A DNA stretch of 64,000 bases from Nitrososphaerota archaeon (GTDB lineage: Archaea > Thermoproteota > Nitrososphaeria_A > Caldarchaeales > Caldarchaeaceae), in NCBI GenBank assembly GCA_041641305.1, contig JBEPYN010000002.1, positions 384,001-448,000 of the forward strand, written 5' to 3'. The position numbers and the translations under genes are program-made. The notes beneath the pieces were generated by a model. It did no database searches. It worked only from the letters and a program-made list of their open reading frames with translations, and was not told the origin of the DNA. Below are positions 35,361-45,125 of the stretch, piece by piece. The number at the start of each line of letters is the position of its first letter. Position 1 is the stretch's first letter.

Positions 35361-37626
35361 GTTTGGCCAAAAAAGTCAAATATATTCTGAAACTATTCAT
35401 AAGCTTAGATCACTCTGGGAAAAAGTAAAAAATAAAGAGAGTGTAGGGTTAAAATTTGGTCACTGGAAAAATTCTTTCAAACTATACGAGCCTGAACCTG
35501 AGTTATTTATCATTCATACATATCTTGCTTCATTGGTTAAATTAATAATCTACTCCAAATTGGAATCCCAAGTTGAAATCGATAAGGAGAGAATTAGAGA
35601 AGTTTTAGACGGGAATTATTTTATTTCATATGGTATATCTAATTTTGTAGAGGATGACTTTTTCACATGGGTCCTTCATGACGAAATAATTGATGCCAGC
35701 CTAGAATTGTTCCTTAAAATGGCAAAAAAACTATCAACTTATGATTTATCTCAAATAGATGAAGATTTTTTTAAAGAAATATATGAAGATATAATTTTGC
35801 GTGATGAGAGACACAAAGCAGGAGAATACTACACGCCAGAGTGGCTTTCTCAACTTATATTATTAGAAGTGCTAAAACTTTGGAACGAAAAACATCTGAA
35901 AATTCCAAAGATATTAGATCCAGCATGTGGTTCTGGTACATTTCTTTGCAATGCTATTCATCTTCTTCTAGAAAAAACCAAATTCCATTTAACATCCGAC
36001 AAACTTCTAGAGGTAATCTTAAATAACGTTGTTGGCGTAGACATAAATCCAGTCGCGACCTTATTGGCTAAAGCAAACTATGTAATAGCTCTAGGCGATC
36101 TCGTAAAAAGAGGCACTCCAATTACTCTTCCCATACACACAGGTGATGCTTTGAAATCGTTAAAAAACATGTTGGGAGAGTTCGACATACTTATCGGTAA
36201 TCCTCCCTGGCTAGTTATGAGATCCGTAAAGAACCGAGAGTATCAAGATTTTTTGAAAAATGAGATATTATATTATAAACTTCTAAGAAAGGACGATATT
36301 TATCTTTTTACCCAGATAGAAATGGCTACTTTATTCTTCTGCAAATGTGCTGATCTCTATTTGAAACCCAATGGGATAATAGGCTTTGTAATGCCCAAAA
36401 GCGTCTTAGCCGGAACAATCCAGCACATTAACTTCAGACGTTTTGAAACGCCACAATTGAATTTAGTAAAAATATTAGATTTGGAAAATGTAAGCCCTTT
36501 GTTTAATATGCCTTCATGCGTTCTAATAGCTATAAAAAGTGAGAACACGAAATATCCAGTTTTGACCGATATGTACGTAGGTGAACTTCTAAAGAGAAAC
36601 GCTAAGTTGAATGAGGTCAAAAATTTGTTTTCTGTCAAACGATATGATTACTCACCACCAGAATTCCCTACTAAGCCAAGCTACTACTTTGAGAAGTTTA
36701 AAGTTGGTGCTAGCATCTTTCCACGAACCCTTTATTTTGTCGATATCTCTACACAGATTGATAATACTTTTTTAGCTGTGAAGACTTCCGAGGAGATATT
36801 TCGTTTGGTTAAATACCCATATAAAGTCGAACTTAAGGGAAAGGTGGAATCTAAGTTTGTATACGCTACCGTGCTGGCTTGGGAAATTATTCCATTTGGT
36901 TACGTTAAGATGAGGCCTGTAATTCTCCCCATTCAACCAAATTCTAATAGTTTTAAGTTATATGACATTGATGCTCTAGAAGGATTTCTGGGCATCACGG
37001 AATGGTTTAAAAAAGCCCAAAAAATTTGGGAGGAAAAAAGGACGGAAAAATCTAAAAAACGATTTCCCAGGCTGATAGACAGATTAAACTATAATGAATT
37101 ACTAACATCTCAGAATCCGAGCAAAAGATATATAGTGTTATACAACGCCACAGGAACCAACGTTGTCTCATGTGTAGTTGATAGGTTATCTTTACCTAAC
37201 TTCGAAATATCGAATGGTGAGATAAAGCCAAGAAATTTTGTTGTTGATGTAAAAACATGGTTTTATGAAACAAGTGAAAAAATGGAGGCGTATTACCTTT
37301 GCGCAATCCTTAATTCAGAAATAATCAACATTCTTATTAAACCTTTGCAACCAAGAGGGCTCTTTGGTGCCAGAGCTATTCACAGAAGACCATTGTTCTT
37401 TCAAATACCAAAATTTGATAAAAATGAAAAGTTGCACATAGAACTTGCTAAAATTGGTGAGCTATGCGATAGAAAAATTAAGCAAAATAAACTGATTAAG
37501 AAAAATAATATGAGAAGCTATTTGAGGAATTACCTCGAAAAAGAAATGGTAAGAATAAATAAGTTGGTCTCGATACTTTTAGGTTTGGAAGTACCCAATG
37601 ATGATTTAAAATGTCAGCAAATATGA
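35308..37626 (+). CDS. N6-adenine DNA methyltransferase (gamma class, Eco57I/TaqI-like) with C-terminal target-recognition region
   Basis: GEYYTP, motif I LDPACGSGTFL, GVDINP, motif IV IGNPPW; YL.AILNS C-terminal motif; AT-rich. Confidence 0.92.
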   Translation: MVQLIPKEFPSAEKLRLEFGQKSQIYSETIHKLRSLWEKVKNKESVGLKFGHWKNSFKLYEPEPELFIIHTYLASLVKLIIYSKLESQVEIDKERIREVLDGNYFISYGISNFVEDDFFTWVLHDEIIDASLELFLKMAKKLSTYDLSQIDEDFFKEIYEDIILRDERHKAGEYYTPEWLSQLILLEVLKLWNEKHLKIPKILDPACGSGTFLCNAIHLLLEKTKFHLTSDKLLEVILNNVVGVDINPVATLLAKANYVIALGDLVKRGTPITLPIHTGDALKSLKNMLGEFDILIGNPPWLVMRSVKNREYQDFLKNEILYYKLLRKDDIYLFTQIEMATLFFCKCADLYLKPNGIIGFVMPKSVLAGTIQHINFRRFETPQLNLVKILDLENVSPLFNMPSCVLIAIKSENTKYPVLTDMYVGELLKRNAKLNEVKNLFSVKRYDYSPPEFPTKPSYYFEKFKVGASIFPRTLYFVDISTQIDNTFLAVKTSEEIFRLVKYPYKVELKGKVESKFVYATVLAWEIIPFGYVKMRPVILPIQPNSNSFKLYDIDALEGFLGITEWFKKAQKIWEEKRTEKSKKRFPRLIDRLNYNELLTSQNPSKRYIVLYNATGTNVVSCVVDRLSLPNFEISNGEIKPRNFVVDVKTWFYETSEKMEAYYLCAILNSEIINILIKPLQPRGLFGARAIHRRPLFFQIPKFDKNEKLHIELAKIGELCDRKIKQNKLIKKNNMRSYLRNYLEKEMVRINKLVSILLGLEVPNDDLKCQQI

Positions 37627-38363
37627 AATTGTTGGTTAAAACTCTTCAGAAAATGAAAATGGAGTACGAAAATGCTATTAGAAGTGGAAATTATACAGGA
37701 TTGATAAGATCCAAGAAACTTATCGAAATGTTACATAATTACGCAATTGAAGAGTTAAAAAGGAAGTTTACTCCCGAATGGATACACGTCGATAAACCAT
37801 TATATGGATATCCTAAAATTAAGACTCAAGACATCTTAGTACAGGCTCCACAGAATAGCAGAAAGGCATTATCTGTCGGTCCTCTTATTACTGTTAATGT
37901 TAGAAGTCAATTAAGTTCCATCGAAAAGAACTATGACACGCTTTTTGAGAGGCTTTTGGCTGAAGCTCTAAATTTGCATAACAGATTTCCTTATCTAGTT
38001 TTGGGGTATATCTATCTACTTCCCAAAACTGGATATGACGAAGCAGCTGCTAAAGAGGGTAAAGTAAAAATTGCAGAACGATACAATATGGAAAAATACA
38101 TTCTAAGTTTTTTATCTATTGCAAACAGACTAAGTCCTTATGATATTCCATGGAAATATGAAAAGATATGTCTCCTGATCGTCGATTTTGAGCGGGATCC
38201 TCCGCAAGTGATGGATGATATGCAAATTTTTGTGAAGGAGGGGTTAGTCAAAGAGAATTTTGCAAAAATCTTCAGTTTTGAGAGTCTTAGTGTTCGGAAT
38301 TTCTTTGATGATTTATATAAAATTATGTTAGAAAGATACTATCTACTGGGATTTGAGGAATGA
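37611..38363 (+). CDS. Putative type II restriction endonuclease
   Basis: Overlaps the MTase; KTQDI...NVRSQLSSIEKNYDTLFER..AEA.NLH pattern resembles PaeR7I/XhoI-like PD-(D/E)xK enzymes. Confidence 0.65.
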   Translation: MSANMKLLVKTLQKMKMEYENAIRSGNYTGLIRSKKLIEMLHNYAIEELKRKFTPEWIHVDKPLYGYPKIKTQDILVQAPQNSRKALSVGPLITVNVRSQLSSIEKNYDTLFERLLAEALNLHNRFPYLVLGYIYLLPKTGYDEAAAKEGKVKIAERYNMEKYILSFLSIANRLSPYDIPWKYEKICLLIVDFERDPPQVMDDMQIFVKEGLVKENFAKIFSFESLSVRNFFDDLYKIMLERYYLLGFEE

Positions 38364-38737
38364 TAATTAGGTGTTCTCATAAAATTCGCATATTTCATTA
38401 CCCTCGCGCAGAAGCTTCTACTAGGCAACCTATCAAAAACAAGAGCCGCCACCTCAACAAAATCATCCTTATACAGCAAGTAAGCCTCTCTAGCACTATC
38501 AGACGGCAGAACCCTGGTCCTGACCAGCGTATCTAAATCAAGTCTCTCTACACTAACTGGATACCTTCTCTCAGAAAAACACTGCTGCCAAAAACTCAGC
38601 CCAAACTTCACAAAAAACAAGACAAAAAACAAGTAAATAAGCTGTTTAGGCCAACGGTCCCAGACCTGATTTATGATGATGGATGACACGTAGAGGCCTA
38701 TAGCACCACTTTGTAGAAGCAAGTTCCGCCCCGACAT
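38339..38737 (-). CDS. Hypothetical membrane protein
   Basis: Two TMs; ORF track. Confidence 0.5.
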   Translation of the reverse strand: MSGRNLLLQSGAIGLYVSSIIINQVWDRWPKQLIYLFFVLFFVKFGLSFWQQCFSERRYPVSVERLDLDTLVRTRVLPSDSAREAYLLYKDDFVEVAALVFDRLPSRSFCARVMKYANFMRTPNYHSSNPSR

Positions 38738-38769
38738 ATTGGAGGCGGGCTCTATTGTCTATGAGGAGT

Positions 38770-39714
38770 TTATCTTCGGATAGGCGGCTGTCTCGGAGGC
38801 CGCCACACATCACCGGCACGGTCAGCCTCAACCACCCTATACCTCTCATCCACCCCCATAATCCATGCGAGGTGGTTGCCCAGCTTCAGCGGCAGAGTGT
38901 GAGGCGTCTGATGCAGCCACACCATACCGTTCACCTTCATTATGCCTAGAAGGCATGTTGACATTATGCGGAAGTAGGGGCTGTTGTCTACACTGCTGGC
39001 TAACCTGATTTTCACTGCTATTAGGTAGATTAGCTTGTTCTCATCCCCTCGGTCGGCCTTATCCAGTATCTGTACCCAGGCTCTCCTTATACGAAGCATC
39101 TTCTCCAGCTCCCTCGGAGGCCGGTAAAATATGAGCGTCCTCTTGGAGCTGTCGTACTCCAGCGAGTAAAACTGTCGAAACAGGGTCGTGTATTCGGTCT
39201 TAAGCCTAATCCCATAAAGTTTCAGCTCATTTGCAAACATTTCCCTGCTGAGTAAGAGAGGGTCGTTAGATTCTCTACCTATTCTCTCGATAAAGTTTTC
39301 ACGTAGAAGAAAAAGCAATTCGTCTTCAGTCACGGGAATAAACCTAAACTGCTTGCCACAGCAATCACAATGCACAATCCTGTAACATGTAAAGCCCACA
39401 ACATGCCCATCCTCCATAAGCAGCTTGTAGGGCCTAACTCTATAGAACGAGTGGAGGCCGACTGGATAAAGCCGCGTCTTCATCCATCTTCTCAAACTCT
39501 GTGTAGATAGTTCACCTGCAAGCCCACTAAACACAGCTATGACAGATATCAATATTATCGCCAAGGGTAAAGGAAGAACAGGAAGCAACATAGTCAAAGG
39601 TACAGGAAAAAGGACGTATATGAGAAAACCAACTGTGATAGAGGCTGCGAGCCATACATAAAACGGCGCCAGCATAACATACCATGGACGATGAGTGAGC
39701 TTGACTATGCTCAA
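38770..39714 (-). CDS. Membrane protein with a possible DUF6745-like C-terminal domain
   Basis: Two N-terminal TMs, CDCC, C-terminal WLH.TP...LAWIMG; paired with the YRQGD protein. Confidence 0.5.
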   Translation of the reverse strand: MSIVKLTHRPWYVMLAPFYVWLAASITVGFLIYVLFPVPLTMLLPVLPLPLAIILISVIAVFSGLAGELSTQSLRRWMKTRLYPVGLHSFYRVRPYKLLMEDGHVVGFTCYRIVHCDCCGKQFRFIPVTEDELLFLLRENFIERIGRESNDPLLLSREMFANELKLYGIRLKTEYTTLFRQFYSLEYDSSKRTLIFYRPPRELEKMLRIRRAWVQILDKADRGDENKLIYLIAVKIRLASSVDNSPYFRIMSTCLLGIMKVNGMVWLHQTPHTLPLKLGNHLAWIMGVDERYRVVEADRAGDVWRPPRQPPIRR

Positions 39715-40112
39715 TCAGAGACAGGCCTCCCGAGGTACCTGTCCAGGTTCATTATGAAATCCTCCCTATCAAACTCCCTAACACGCGACAATACATAGGC
39801 GCCGGGTGGAATGGTGAGAGGCAGGTGCTCAGGATGCTCCAAAACAGACTCCTCTTTCACCAAGACATAGACCTGCCCGTAGGCGGAGTATGCCTCATAT
39901 CTTCCGACCAGCCTGTGAACATTACCTGTCTCGCCCTTTACAGCCACCTCTTCAAGCCTTTCACCATTCCTTGGAACATGGAACGGGTGGATACGTCTCA
40001 AAAGAACATCGCCCTGCCGATAAACCAGCATACATCCGCAGACGACGCCACGCATATAAACAGATAAGGGCAGACGCATCATGTATGATTGGGTTACAGG
40101 TTTGAGGGACAT
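39711..40112 (-). CDS. Small virus-associated-type protein (YRQGD...GE.G..H...HPEH); real start probably about 40031
   Basis: YRQGDVLL, GETGNVHRL, LEHPEHLPLTIPPGAY...RVREF. Confidence 0.7.
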   Translation of the reverse strand: MSLKPVTQSYMMRLPLSVYMRGVVCGCMLVYRQGDVLLRRIHPFHVPRNGERLEEVAVKGETGNVHRLVGRYEAYSAYGQVYVLVKEESVLEHPEHLPLTIPPGAYVLSRVREFDREDFIMNLDRYLGRPVSD

Positions 40113-40194
40113 AACAATAAACCATTCTACAGCCGGCTAAAATCACTCACTTAAATTAATCAAATGCTTATATATCTACTGAAGGCTTGTAAGA

Positions 40195-40767
40195 TTGTTG
40201 AAGTTAAGCCTGATGAAGACTATTTTTCTATCTATCACATTAGTATTGATTGTTTTCGTCATTGTTTGGGTCACTCAATATAGTTATGAGTCGGTTGAAG
40301 TTAGAACATTTTCGGAGCCAATAACTATAACACAAACGACCTTCATTAGGACAAGCTTCATTAAAGAAGGACATGGCTCTGTGTCTGGAAGGGACCTGAG
40401 CGAAGTAGCCGAGGCGGTTCATTTAGGTCCTATCAAAGCAGGAAGTGAGGTTTCCGTTAAAGTTATGGCGTCGAATCCTGTATTGGTGCTCGTTACAGAT
40501 ACGGGTAGCGCCATCTTTATCGACCTTTTGGGGATATATAGTAAGGAAGATATCCTAGCAAGTGGATTGGGAACAGATGTGGATGTAAAATTGTTAATTA
40601 CTGAGGATGGGAATTACTCCGTTGTAATTGGAAAAACTGCAGGCAATTTAGGGGCCAGTTTTGTGGTGCAAGCCACGATTGTGGGGCTGCGCGAAACCAC
40701 TATAACTACAACCACAGAAACTATGATAACCACAACTATAACCACTACAAAGAAACTTTTCTCATAG
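40195..40767 (+). CDS. Membrane-anchored protein with Thr-rich tail
   Basis: N-terminal TM, beta-rich domain, poly-Thr C-terminus. Confidence 0.6.
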   Translation: MLKLSLMKTIFLSITLVLIVFVIVWVTQYSYESVEVRTFSEPITITQTTFIRTSFIKEGHGSVSGRDLSEVAEAVHLGPIKAGSEVSVKVMASNPVLVLVTDTGSAIFIDLLGIYSKEDILASGLGTDVDVKLLITEDGNYSVVIGKTAGNLGASFVVQATIVGLRETTITTTTETMITTTITTTKKLFS

Positions 40768-40840
40768 TAGACCAACGTTTCAACCCTCTAAAAGAAGGAA
40801 GGCAAAGTCGTCAGAAAAATATGATGGATAGAGCTTCTAT

Positions 40841-41476
40841 TTAGGTGACCTTCTCCACGGTGAGTTCCCAGTTGCAGTTGGCAGAGTTTACCTGTATATA
40901 CCAGTTACCACGGGGAATAGCCGCCACGTAGAACTCGAATGTCCCCTGCTCCTCGTAAACCGAGCCCCTCTTATAGAAGACATCTTCGCCCACTTCGTAT
41001 AGGTACCATAATAAGGCGACGTATTGTAGGTCGGCCCTAGCCCTTATAGTGATTTTTATCTTCAGGTCTGATGTCGCTTCGAGAGTAAAAGGCGGCGTAT
41101 CCTTGGAGCCGCTGCCCCTATCTCTAACCAACACAGTTCCAGAAACAGCAGGATAAACTGTTGACACCACTGTCGTGGTCGAAGTCGTGGTTAATGTGGC
41201 TGTGGTTTTGACGGTGGAGACGCTGGTGGTGGTTGAGGTCAACGTGGTCCGCATAGTGACAAAAAATGTGGTGGACCGCTGGAGCGTCTGGTACGAGGTC
41301 ACCGTTACAGGTAGAGTTGTTGTCAGGAGTTTGGTCTCTGTGCTTTTGCTTGTAACCGTATTAGTCTGGACTATAGTGCTGGTGGAGGTTACGGGAAACA
41401 GAGTCGAGCCGCTGAAGAAACCCGCCAACAATCCTATAACAAGTAATACGATAGGTAAAACCCTCACAGAGCTCAT
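40841..41476 (-). CDS. Membrane-anchored Thr-rich protein with C-terminal beta domain
   Basis: N-terminal TM, long T/S stalk, GSGSKDTPPF...W.L.V domain. Confidence 0.68.
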   Translation of the reverse strand: MSSVRVLPIVLLVIGLLAGFFSGSTLFPVTSTSTIVQTNTVTSKSTETKLLTTTLPVTVTSYQTLQRSTTFFVTMRTTLTSTTTSVSTVKTTATLTTTSTTTVVSTVYPAVSGTVLVRDRGSGSKDTPPFTLEATSDLKIKITIRARADLQYVALLWYLYEVGEDVFYKRGSVYEEQGTFEFYVAAIPRGNWYIQVNSANCNWELTVEKVT

Positions 41477-41684
41477 GATGTATAAGGAATTTTCTAAGAG
41501 TTAAGCTTTTCAAAAGGTAAATGTCCTCTCATCTCCTAACCGCAGCAGAGACACGTCGGAAGCTGTCGCTAAAGTATGAAAGTTATGAATTCCGTTATCG
41601 AGGTAGCTTATGAGTTATCGTGAATCTCTGGCTCTCCCATTCTGGCCTAAACAACTTTTATTCATCGGCTATTAGTTAAACTCC

Positions 41685-42038
41685 GTGAGCAGGAAGAGAA
41701 GTGTCCTCAAGGTGTTGCCTTCTCTGCCTCCGTCTGCGTTCTCAAGCCTTTTCCCAAACTTCTGTATACAGGTCTCGTCTTCTTCTCTCGAGGAGCTTTC
41801 GACCGACGCAAGGAAGTATGATGACGTCGTTGTCTATGTCCGGCATCCGCCGACGGTTAAACTGTTGGAGAAATGGTTGCCAAGGTTCATGGTCGGGGAT
41901 TCCGCGGAGGTTGGTGGAGAAAGGTTCTATGTTGTTTCTGCTCCGCAGAGGCCTCCGGTCTCGGGACAAGACGTTCCAGTAGACGAGAAAAATGTACTAG
42001 TTCTGAAATGCGTGGCCGCGAAAGGTATCTGGCTTTGA
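41685..42038 (+). CDS. Possible DUF1874 (STIV B116 / AcrIII-1 / Crn2-like) protein
   Basis: 117 aa; VRHPPTVKLL aligns with the IGH.ST..L motif and FYVVSAPQRPPVSG with LYVVQ..QRL.EG of DUF1874 proteins (alignment from memory). Confidence 0.5.
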   Translation: MSRKRSVLKVLPSLPPSAFSSLFPNFCIQVSSSSLEELSTDARKYDDVVVYVRHPPTVKLLEKWLPRFMVGDSAEVGGERFYVVSAPQRPPVSGQDVPVDEKNVLVLKCVAAKGIWL

Positions 42039-43286
42039 CTATTTTTCGTCAAGGTAATCTAGGGGCAGGGCGAACCCTGAGCCTGTTTCAATGTCTAGGT
42101 ATATTTTTTCTCCGCTCCATTTTCTGGGCTCAGTCCCGATGTGGATTATCGCTCTTCTGTCCCCTAGCCTGATGCTTTTTTTTCTGAGTAAGAGCAGGTG
42201 GTTAGGCCCCTCGCCCCAGACTTTTCCGAGCATTTTTGCGAAGAAAGAGTACGACCTCGCTGCTAGAATGGCTGGGAAAAGGTTTTGGGGCGGGAGGATT
42301 CTTCTGTATCTCGGCCTCTCCCCCTCATACCATAGCCAGAGATAGAGGCCTTCACCGCATAGGTTTGCGGCTCTTATCAGTAGTAGATAGTATTCTCCGA
42401 GCAGCTCTTCCAGAGCCTGAAACGCTTCCTCACTCTCTATTCTGTAGAGGTTTTCGCCAACTTTTGTGCCGTAGGTCTGTATCTTGACTATTGCTGCTCT
42501 GCCTCTGCTGTCGGGGACCACCCCATCACGTTCTCTGTATACGCTGAGCACTTCGCCGAAACGCTGGTCATACGGGGTAATGTATCCCAGATGCATATGT
42601 GTGGCTGGAGTCTTCGCGCCTGTGCTGAAGTACACGCCTAGTGTTCCCGGCAGAAGCACCGGGGACAGCATCTGGATAGGGTATCCTGTCCTCCTGTAGA
42701 CAGAGGCCGCGTAGCCGTTCACGAGCCCCGCAAGCCTCAGATAATCGCCGTGAGATATTTTCCTGAACTTCTCAGCCATTTTCTCGGGGATACCGAGATA
42801 ATCCACATCAACTCTATCCGGTTTCTCGAGATTGACATAATCTGTGAACCTGCCGCCTTCCTCCGCGTCGTCGAGCCTGATAAAGACGGTATGATAGGGG
42901 CTTACTGGGTTTACCCAATAAGACATCTTGACATATATCTGCCCCTCTATGCGGTAGAGGAGAGGCGTTGGATTATTCATCCAATAGACTGGGTCAGGCG
43001 CTTTAACCACCTCGCCCGAGGCTTTCATGAACCTGATAAAGTCCTCGCCTTTGACGGGGAGTTGGCTCTCCTCCTCACCAAGGTCTTCGAAAAACTTGGC
43101 CACCAGAGCGTCCTCAAACCCCTGGTCGATAAGGGACCCGATAAACCTGACGGCCTGCGTCAGAGCTGCAAGGTTCATGGCATGATACTGTGCACCGGGA
43201 TATCCTTGTCTAAGAGTATCCTCATACCATCCCAGCTCCTTTTGATGCATTCGGAGTAATCTGGTGAGCTTAACCACAATAGCCAA
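42039..43286 (-). CDS. Hypothetical protein; paralogue of 32291-33640
   Basis: YLRLAGLVNGYAASVYRRTGYPIQMLSP, LGYITPYDQRFG, GEGLYLW. Confidence 0.75.
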   Translation of the reverse strand: MAIVVKLTRLLRMHQKELGWYEDTLRQGYPGAQYHAMNLAALTQAVRFIGSLIDQGFEDALVAKFFEDLGEEESQLPVKGEDFIRFMKASGEVVKAPDPVYWMNNPTPLLYRIEGQIYVKMSYWVNPVSPYHTVFIRLDDAEEGGRFTDYVNLEKPDRVDVDYLGIPEKMAEKFRKISHGDYLRLAGLVNGYAASVYRRTGYPIQMLSPVLLPGTLGVYFSTGAKTPATHMHLGYITPYDQRFGEVLSVYRERDGVVPDSRGRAAIVKIQTYGTKVGENLYRIESEEAFQALEELLGEYYLLLIRAANLCGEGLYLWLWYEGERPRYRRILPPQNLFPAILAARSYSFFAKMLGKVWGEGPNHLLLLRKKSIRLGDRRAIIHIGTEPRKWSGEKIYLDIETGSGFALPLDYLDEK

Positions 43287-43329
43287 TTCACATAAACCAT
43301 CTCATACCAACGTAAAAATGCTTTCTGGC

Positions 43330-44454
43330 CTAGAAGCTAACGAGGCCGAAGCGTCCATAGCTCATACCCACGTTAGCGACAAGTAGCGCTATCGAAAGGC
43401 CCGAGAGGTAATAGATAGCTGGGTTGACGTGTCTGAAGCCCACATGCTCAAGCAAAGCCCTCAGCATCAGCTCGCCGTCAAGCATCTTTATCGGCAGCAT
43501 GTTGAAGACCGCGACCCCGAGCGAGACAAGCTGAAGCCAGAAAAACAGCTTGAAAACAGCATGGGATAGGCCCGGTGGGGCTCCAAATCTAGGCTCTACA
43601 AAAGGCTCCGCGTCAACAACACCAAGAGACCTGAGGACGCTTGCGAGGCTCATCTCACGCCCGATGTGCTGCGGGCCGACTTTGTATGAGCGCTCTCCGC
43701 CATCGGTTACAAGGTTTATCTCCGCGGTGAGAGTGACTGTTCTCGCGATGGTTGCGCTGTTCACAGGCACCCCGTTCAGGCTCTTCACAACCTCACCCAC
43801 CCGGACAACCGAATCATCGTCAACCTCAGTTACATAGAGGCCGGTCTCCACCATGGTGAAGAACGATAGAAGACAAGCTACTGCTACGAGGCCGACGGCT
43901 AGGTTGGCAAAAGAACCTACCGAGGCTATCCTCATCCTCGAACCAGGGCTAGCTGATTTGAATGCTTTCTCATCTGGCTCAACGAAGCCGCCTGGGAACA
44001 CGAAAGCGAGAAAAACACCCGCTGACTTGATGGGTATGCCCTCCAGCCTCGCGACTATCCCATGCATGCCTTCATGAGTGACCAACACAACCACTAATGC
44101 TAGAAGCATGTAGGGTATGTTCTGAAGCTTGATGGTTATGCCCGGAATGAGCGGAACTACTACGTTGCGGACAGAGGCCTCCGCTGGCCTTAGCAGGTAG
44201 ATGGAGAGATTGTTCAACAAAATGTAGAACGCGAAGAACATCATACCGAAGCCGAGCACCACGGCAAGCTTAGATACCAGCCTCCACAGCCTCGGCGCCT
44301 TCAACGCCATGCTGTCGAAGACTCCTTCAACCCGCGAAAACCTGTAGATGGCTAGGAAGGGGTAGATGGAGGCTTTCTTCGGCTTAACCATCTTAGCCAT
44401 GAGGTAGAGCGCAAGCCATGAGCCCACAAGTCCTGCTAGAAATTGCTCCATCAT
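43330..44454 (-). CDS. Site-2 protease (peptidase M50) with PDZ-like insert
   Basis: HEGMHG, GFVEPD, SVGSFAN, FNMLPIKMLDG. Confidence 0.92.
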   Translation of the reverse strand: MMEQFLAGLVGSWLALYLMAKMVKPKKASIYPFLAIYRFSRVEGVFDSMALKAPRLWRLVSKLAVVLGFGMMFFAFYILLNNLSIYLLRPAEASVRNVVVPLIPGITIKLQNIPYMLLALVVVLVTHEGMHGIVARLEGIPIKSAGVFLAFVFPGGFVEPDEKAFKSASPGSRMRIASVGSFANLAVGLVAVACLLSFFTMVETGLYVTEVDDDSVVRVGEVVKSLNGVPVNSATIARTVTLTAEINLVTDGGERSYKVGPQHIGREMSLASVLRSLGVVDAEPFVEPRFGAPPGLSHAVFKLFFWLQLVSLGVAVFNMLPIKMLDGELMLRALLEHVGFRHVNPAIYYLSGLSIALLVANVGMSYGRFGLVSF

Positions 44455-44503
44455 CGGGTTTCGAGAAACTCTGATGGATAAAACCGGTTAAAGCCCTTTT
44501 CGC

Positions 44504-45097
44504 CTAAAGCCCTGAAAGAAGCTCCTCCATTGTGCGGCTCAAGACATCGTATGACTGCTCCCCCTCCAGTTTACGCATTATTGTCCCGTCTGGCCTGATG
44601 AAGAAGTATGTGGGGGTGCCCCTTACGCCATAGTCCAGAAACACCTTCATCGTAGGGTCATAGACCGCGGTCCAGCCTATGCCATGCTTCTTCAGGAACT
44701 CGGCCGATTTCTGAGGTGTTGTGCCCTGAGAACCCAGCACAGTCAGGAAAAACACCTTGTCGCCGTAGCGCTCGTGAAGGGCCTCTACCGTTGGCACCAT
44801 CCTGTTACAGTGTGGGCACCATTCGAAGACAAACTCTATGAGGGTTGGCTTGCCCTTTAGGCTGGTGGATGAGAAAACCCTGCCGGTCAACCCGTCCGCG
44901 TTAATCTCTTCTAACGAGAAGGGGGGAGCCGCTGTGCTGACCACCACCTTGCTCTGGGGGCTTGGCGGCGTAAGGGTTAGGAAAAGCACTAAAGCGACTA
45001 AGGCCACGGCTGGGACGGCTGCTAGATAGCGCGTATGTCCGGCTTTCTTCTTCATAACAACATGCCAGTAATCGGGGGAATTTATCGGGATAGACAC
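44504..45097 (-). CDS. Membrane-anchored TlpA/ResA-like thiol-disulfide oxidoreductase
   Basis: APPFSL, LKGKP, WCPHC, YGVRGTPT. Confidence 0.9.
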   Translation of the reverse strand: MSIPINSPDYWHVVMKKKAGHTRYLAAVPAVALVALVLFLTLTPPSPQSKVVVSTAAPPFSLEEINADGLTGRVFSSTSLKGKPTLIEFVFEWCPHCNRMVPTVEALHERYGDKVFFLTVLGSQGTTPQKSAEFLKKHGIGWTAVYDPTMKVFLDYGVRGTPTYFFIRPDGTIMRKLEGEQSYDVLSRTMEELLSGL

Positions 45098-45125
45098 AGG
45101 CTTAAGCCGCCGTTTGCTGATGGCT

